The position numbers were made by a program, and so were the translations under genes. The notes below the pieces were generated by a model. It did no database searches, had not been told where the DNA came from, and saw nothing but the letters and a program-made list of their open reading frames with translations. A stretch of DNA of 53,286 nucleotides from Candidatus Pacearchaeota archaeon (GTDB lineage: Archaea; Nanobdellota; Nanobdellia; Pacearchaeales; GW2011-AR1), in NCBI GenBank assembly GCA_023136775.1, contig JAGLQO010000013.1, positions 1-53,286 on the forward strand, given 5' to 3'. Shown here piece after piece: positions 49,195 to 53,286 of this stretch; within the stretch, counting starts at the first letter, position 1, and the number at the start of each line of letters is the position of its first letter.

Positions 49195-49370
49195 CTGTCT
49201 CGAATCCATCAAATCCGCGAAATCCGCGAGCAAAATTGCCTTCCTGCCTTTTGTATTTATCTTAAATATATTTCCGTAACTAAAAAACTAATCGCATTCC
49301 TATACACATTGAAATATGTAGCTTCCTGCTCCAAAGAAGTGAGCAATTTGCCTTCCTGCCCTGCCTTAAA
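49195..49370 (+). repeat. Family A variants (ATCCGCG form) and a partial copy
   Basis: aaatccgcgaaatccgcgagcaaaattgccttcctgcc; gtgagcaatttgccttcctgccctgccttaaa. Confidence 0.75.
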
Positions 49371-49405
49371 TATTCAATCACTCGAACAAGTTCTCATTCC
49401 AAAAA

Positions 49406-50344
49406 TCATCGCACAATCTTCAACCCAACAGCCTTAGCCCCATTCACTTCCTCAACAGCCTTACTTATACCCAAAATCTTCTCAAGAATCTTAATCTTAT
49501 TCTCAATAGTAACCATATTATCTTTATACCTCTTCTCCCTAATTCGATAAGTCTCCAGCGTAATAGTCTTGGCATTAAAACAATTCTCCTGCGCCCTCTT
49601 CAAAAGATCCTTAGTAGTAGAAAGTTTAACCTTCAGTCCACCCAACTGTCTTTCCTTAAGCTTCTTAGATATTCTCTTATAAGCAGGTATGGCAATCGCA
49701 ATCAAACCCGCCAAAACCAAAAGACTCTGCCACCAATACCGAATAAAAAAACCCTGCGTAGCCCGAATAGCCGAACCAATCTTTTGCTTCTCCACAAACA
49801 ACTCATTCAACTTAAGATTCGCATCTTCCAAAAATTTCTCAGCATCGTCATATCGCTCTCCCTCAAAAGCCACCTTAACATTCTCAACTATAACCAAAGC
49901 GTCCTCAGTCAAAACCCCTTCATCCCTATACTGAATCGCCTTCTCCTCGAACAAAGAAACCCCATCAAGAATCCGATAAGCCTGTTCTCTTCTCTGTACA
50001 ATAACATCGGTAAGCCTCAAAACTTCACTATAATCTTGAACCTGTCTTTCATAAGAAGGAAAATTCTCACCAACAATAATTAAATCTTCAAGATAATCCT
50101 TACGTGCCTCATCACTCTCCGAATTAACATTCTCCACCAAATCAGAAGAATTAAGTCCAATAAAAAACTTCTTAGCCTCAAGCAAACTATCCCGAATAAA
50201 AAAAACAGAAAAACCCTCACTCTCCATTTCAAACAAAACATTATCAGCAGTAATCAATCCATCCAAAGCCTCATAATAAGAACCCTCGGCCAAAACCCCG
50301 CTCAAGACAAAAACCAACAAAACAGCTAAACAAACCCTCCTCAT
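49406..50344 (-). CDS. Partner of giant surface protein, copy 2
   Basis: EMESEGFSVFFIRDSLLEAKKFFIG, KVAFEGERYDDAE, RYWWQ-TM, AQENCFNAKTIT shared with copy 1. Confidence 0.8.
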   Translation of the reverse strand: MRRVCLAVLLVFVLSGVLAEGSYYEALDGLITADNVLFEMESEGFSVFFIRDSLLEAKKFFIGLNSSDLVENVNSESDEARKDYLEDLIIVGENFPSYERQVQDYSEVLRLTDVIVQRREQAYRILDGVSLFEEKAIQYRDEGVLTEDALVIVENVKVAFEGERYDDAEKFLEDANLKLNELFVEKQKIGSAIRATQGFFIRYWWQSLLVLAGLIAIAIPAYKRISKKLKERQLGGLKVKLSTTKDLLKRAQENCFNAKTITLETYRIREKRYKDNMVTIENKIKILEKILGISKAVEEVNGAKAVGLKIVR

Positions 50345-53286
50345 TTTCGCCTCACCATCTTTTTAAAAAACTTTTTCGTTTTATTATTAACCCCGTTCAA
50401 AATCATCAACAACTTATATTTTACCGTGCCCTTCTCTTGGATGCACTTTTCTTCTAATATCATTTTCTCCTCATCCAACTCAGCTAACCTTTCTTTCTCA
50501 AGATTATGTAAACTCTTAAACTTCCTCTCAGTCAACTTCTCTTTCTTAAAATAATCAGTCTGCGTCTTCTTCATTAACTCCTCAAGATCACTCCTTTCCT
50601 TACTTAAATTCAAAAGCTCCTGATCCGTCCTCAAAATCCCAACACGCTTATTCCGAAGACTAACCCTCAAATGCCGAATCTCATTAAGCCGCTCCTCATA
50701 CTGCGCAATCGCCCGCTTATATCTATCAGTAGAAAGCGACCCCTTCATCAAATAACAAACCTGAGCCTCCTCCATCAAAACATTAATAGAAGACTCTTCC
50801 TTGGTCAAAAGCTTAAGCCTCTGATTAAGAATAAACATATAACTATATTTATAACTCACAAAAAGAAGAAATGATAAAATCATAGACCCAACAATAATCG
50901 CCCACCAATAATTAACCAAAACCCATAGCAAATCAAACCTACCCTTAGTCTCCAAAATCAAAGCCAACTGTGCATCCTTAGCTCGAACCAAAGCAGTCCT
51001 ATAGTCTCCCCTCTCAAAAGCCTTAACCGCCAAAACCAAACTATTCTCAGTCTGAATAGTCTCAAGCCACCTCTCCTTAGCATTATCAATTTCACCCTGA
51101 ATTTCCTTAATCAAAACGTCCGCCTCAAATGAAATCTCCCCAAGTTCCAAAATCTTATTCACAAATTCAAGAACAGCCTCATAATCTAATAACTCAAAGG
51201 AATCCTCAGCTTGAGCTAACAGTCCCTTAATTTTCTCAACGGGGAAACCAGCTTCGCTCATCAAAAAAATAACCGCCTTAGCATCTGCCAATCCCAAAAC
51301 AGCCTCATCGCTACTCTTCTCAATTAAAGCAAAAGTTATTTTCCTATGCTCCAAAAAAGACTTAGACTCAAACCCTGCAGCAACACTGTCCAAAGCCACA
51401 AGGTCAGCACTAATTTCCAAAGTAACTTCATAATCTTGCTTCTCCAAATAAGGCGGAGCAAAAACCTCAAAAGTATAATCTCTGCTTTCCAAGAAATACA
51501 ACCTATCCTCTTCAGCAGACCCTAACTTATGCATCCAAATCTGTGCAACTCCATCAGTTATATCCCACAAAGTTATAGCAGAATCGCTCACCCCGTCGCC
51601 ATCCAAATCCACATTTTGAGACTCCTTAATATCCAAGCTAACATTAATCGGATTTGAAGAAATAACAAAATCAGCAGAGTCATTCCTTATTTCAAAAAGA
51701 GTAACAGAATGACTACCCATCTCAGTAAAATTAAAACCATAACTAGCTCCCTGACCAAACAACTTTATATTCTTACTTTCAATATAAACAAGTTTATCAG
51801 GATCAAATTCATAAGATATCTTAACATATTGAGTCAAGAAACCCTGCAAATTCAAATTCAAATTTTCAAAAACCGCATTCTCATAAAGATTAGTTATAGT
51901 AATAGGTAAAAACTCAGTCGTCCCCCTAATCACAGAAAACTTCTCAGTGGTATAAATAGTTTCACTGTCTCCCCCATCAATTTTCTTCCCACTTGAACTT
52001 GAGTCAGAACTAGAAGGAGCAGGAGAACTTGGAGTAGTCGTATCCCCACCACCGGAACTACCAACCGAACTAGCACTCTCCTGAACAGTCACGATAACAA
52101 CATCATCAAAAATAAGCCCAGCACTACCCAAATCAAACCCAGAAGAATTAACGGCACTAACTTTAACTTTAACCTCATAATCTCCGACAGAAGCGTCAGA
52201 AGGAACCGTAATCTCTACAACATTTTCAGCAGTATCCCCAACATAAAACTCATCCTCAAACTCAATGCTAGACGAACCAAAAGTAATTGTCCAATTGGCC
52301 GGGAACTCATAAAAAAATGTAGTATTATAAGCGTCCCCCTCTCCAATATTCTCTAGCTCCGCAACAAATTGAACCCCAGAAGCTCCCTGAGAAACAGTCA
52401 AAGCCCCAGTGCTAGGAGTCAAAAATCTCGTAACAAGCGCTGGCTGATTAGGGGCAACAACAATTGCACCAGTAATAACTTTCGAAGAAACACTTTCATT
52501 AGAACCAGCAATAAAACTATCAACATCAAAGGAAATCATTTTAACACCAGCCAAAGTAGCAGTATCATTTATAGACAAAACTTTAATCTCGCCAGGAGCC
52601 AAACTAAAATTTTCACTTTCATTATAAATCGTCTCAGCAGAATCACTTGTTATATTAAAATCCAAAGCAAAATCTCCAGTATTACTAACAACAAATTCTC
52701 CAAAAGTTATATCATCAGAAAAATTAGCATTAACAGGAGCAAACGAATTGGCAGGATTAGTAGTCCAAGAATAATCAAATTCAATCGTCCGATTAACCAC
52801 ATTACTAAAAACTCCATTACCCACAGAATCATTGGCAAACAACCTCAAATTATAAATCCCAGAATCGCTCACATTCAAAACATCCTCATAGAATCCAGAA
52901 GTTCCATTAAAACTCATACTAGAATTAACATAACTACTTTCATTAAACATTTTATACTGAAGCAAAACAGAATCAACAGAGGTCAAAGCCTCCGAGACAT
53001 CTGCTAAAACCGTTATATTGACATTCGGATCCAGCCCATCAATAGAATTAGGATTAGTAATCAAACTAACAAAACTAGGAGCACTATTGTCTATCTTAAA
53101 AAATCTCACCATACTCTCATTGGAATTCCCCGAAGAATCCGTACAGTTAACCGTCCAATTATGATCCCCTTCGGAAAAAATTGCAACACTAAACAAAGTA
53201 AACACTCCACTCAAAACACTAGAATTACTATCCTCCAAAACAGAATCAACAAAAATAGAACAATTCAAAGTAGCATCATAATTATC
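50341..53286 (-). CDS. Second giant surface protein, C-terminal part (5' end outside window)
   Basis: Collinear paralog of the last ~970 aa of 38979-48686; frame open to the window edge. Confidence 0.88.
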   Translation of the reverse strand, partial: DNYDATLNCSIFVDSVLEDSNSSVLSGVFTLFSVAIFSEGDHNWTVNCTDSSGNSNESMVRFFKIDNSAPSFVSLITNPNSIDGLDPNVNITVLADVSEALTSVDSVLLQYKMFNESSYVNSSMSFNGTSGFYEDVLNVSDSGIYNLRLFANDSVGNGVFSNVVNRTIEFDYSWTTNPANSFAPVNANFSDDITFGEFVVSNTGDFALDFNITSDSAETIYNESENFSLAPGEIKVLSINDTATLAGVKMISFDVDSFIAGSNESVSSKVITGAIVVAPNQPALVTRFLTPSTGALTVSQGASGVQFVAELENIGEGDAYNTTFFYEFPANWTITFGSSSIEFEDEFYVGDTAENVVEITVPSDASVGDYEVKVKVSAVNSSGFDLGSAGLIFDDVVIVTVQESASSVGSSGGGDTTTPSSPAPSSSDSSSSGKKIDGGDSETIYTTEKFSVIRGTTEFLPITITNLYENAVFENLNLNLQGFLTQYVKISYEFDPDKLVYIESKNIKLFGQGASYGFNFTEMGSHSVTLFEIRNDSADFVISSNPINVSLDIKESQNVDLDGDGVSDSAITLWDITDGVAQIWMHKLGSAEEDRLYFLESRDYTFEVFAPPYLEKQDYEVTLEISADLVALDSVAAGFESKSFLEHRKITFALIEKSSDEAVLGLADAKAVIFLMSEAGFPVEKIKGLLAQAEDSFELLDYEAVLEFVNKILELGEISFEADVLIKEIQGEIDNAKERWLETIQTENSLVLAVKAFERGDYRTALVRAKDAQLALILETKGRFDLLWVLVNYWWAIIVGSMILSFLLFVSYKYSYMFILNQRLKLLTKEESSINVLMEEAQVCYLMKGSLSTDRYKRAIAQYEERLNEIRHLRVSLRNKRVGILRTDQELLNLSKERSDLEELMKKTQTDYFKKEKLTERKFKSLHNLEKERLAELDEEKMILEEKCIQEKGTVKYKLLMILNGVNNKTKKFFKKMVRRK

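Noticed and set aside
52369-53007. Plus-strand 212-aa ORF and other short antisense ORFs in the giant genes
   Set aside because: Shadow frames produced by strand-biased codon usage

Overview
AT-rich archaeal chromosomal segment, most consistent with a DPANN (Pacearchaeota/Woesearchaeota-like) genome. This assignment is an inference from class III signal-peptide pilins, Hef/ERCC4, a Dph6-family gene, a DRG-type GTPase and TATA boxes ~25 nt upstream of start codons. Most genes are on the - strand. Left to right: (1) a type IV pilus locus (~10 pilin-like genes including two small ORFs missing from the ORF track, a TadC/PilC-like platform and a PilB/TadA-type ATPase) interrupted by two transglutaminase-like/TPR paralogs; (2) coiled-coil proteins, three paralogous membrane proteins and a PRC-barrel protein; (3) Hef helicase and a separate ERCC4 nuclease with an HpaII-like R-M pair and a GT4 glycosyltransferase between them; (4) two pilin-LamG genes with near-identical N-halves and different tips; (5) an M16 peptidase, an ArmA/Rmt-like methyltransferase and a Dph6-like / Mesh1-like hydrolase / GATase / long RelA-SpoT-homolog cluster; (6) two tandem modules of a giant Ig-repeat surface protein plus a partner gene. 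The best candidate new system is an archaeal split (p)ppGpp-type module: a hydrolase-dead long RSH plus an intact stand-alone HD hydrolase. A second candidate is a set of dispersed intergenic hairpin families with covarying stems, including two inserts flanked by ~60-bp duplications that rebuild the end of the disrupted gene. No tRNA, rRNA, CRISPR array, transposase or reverse transcriptase was recognised. All family calls come from motif recognition by eye, not from database searches.
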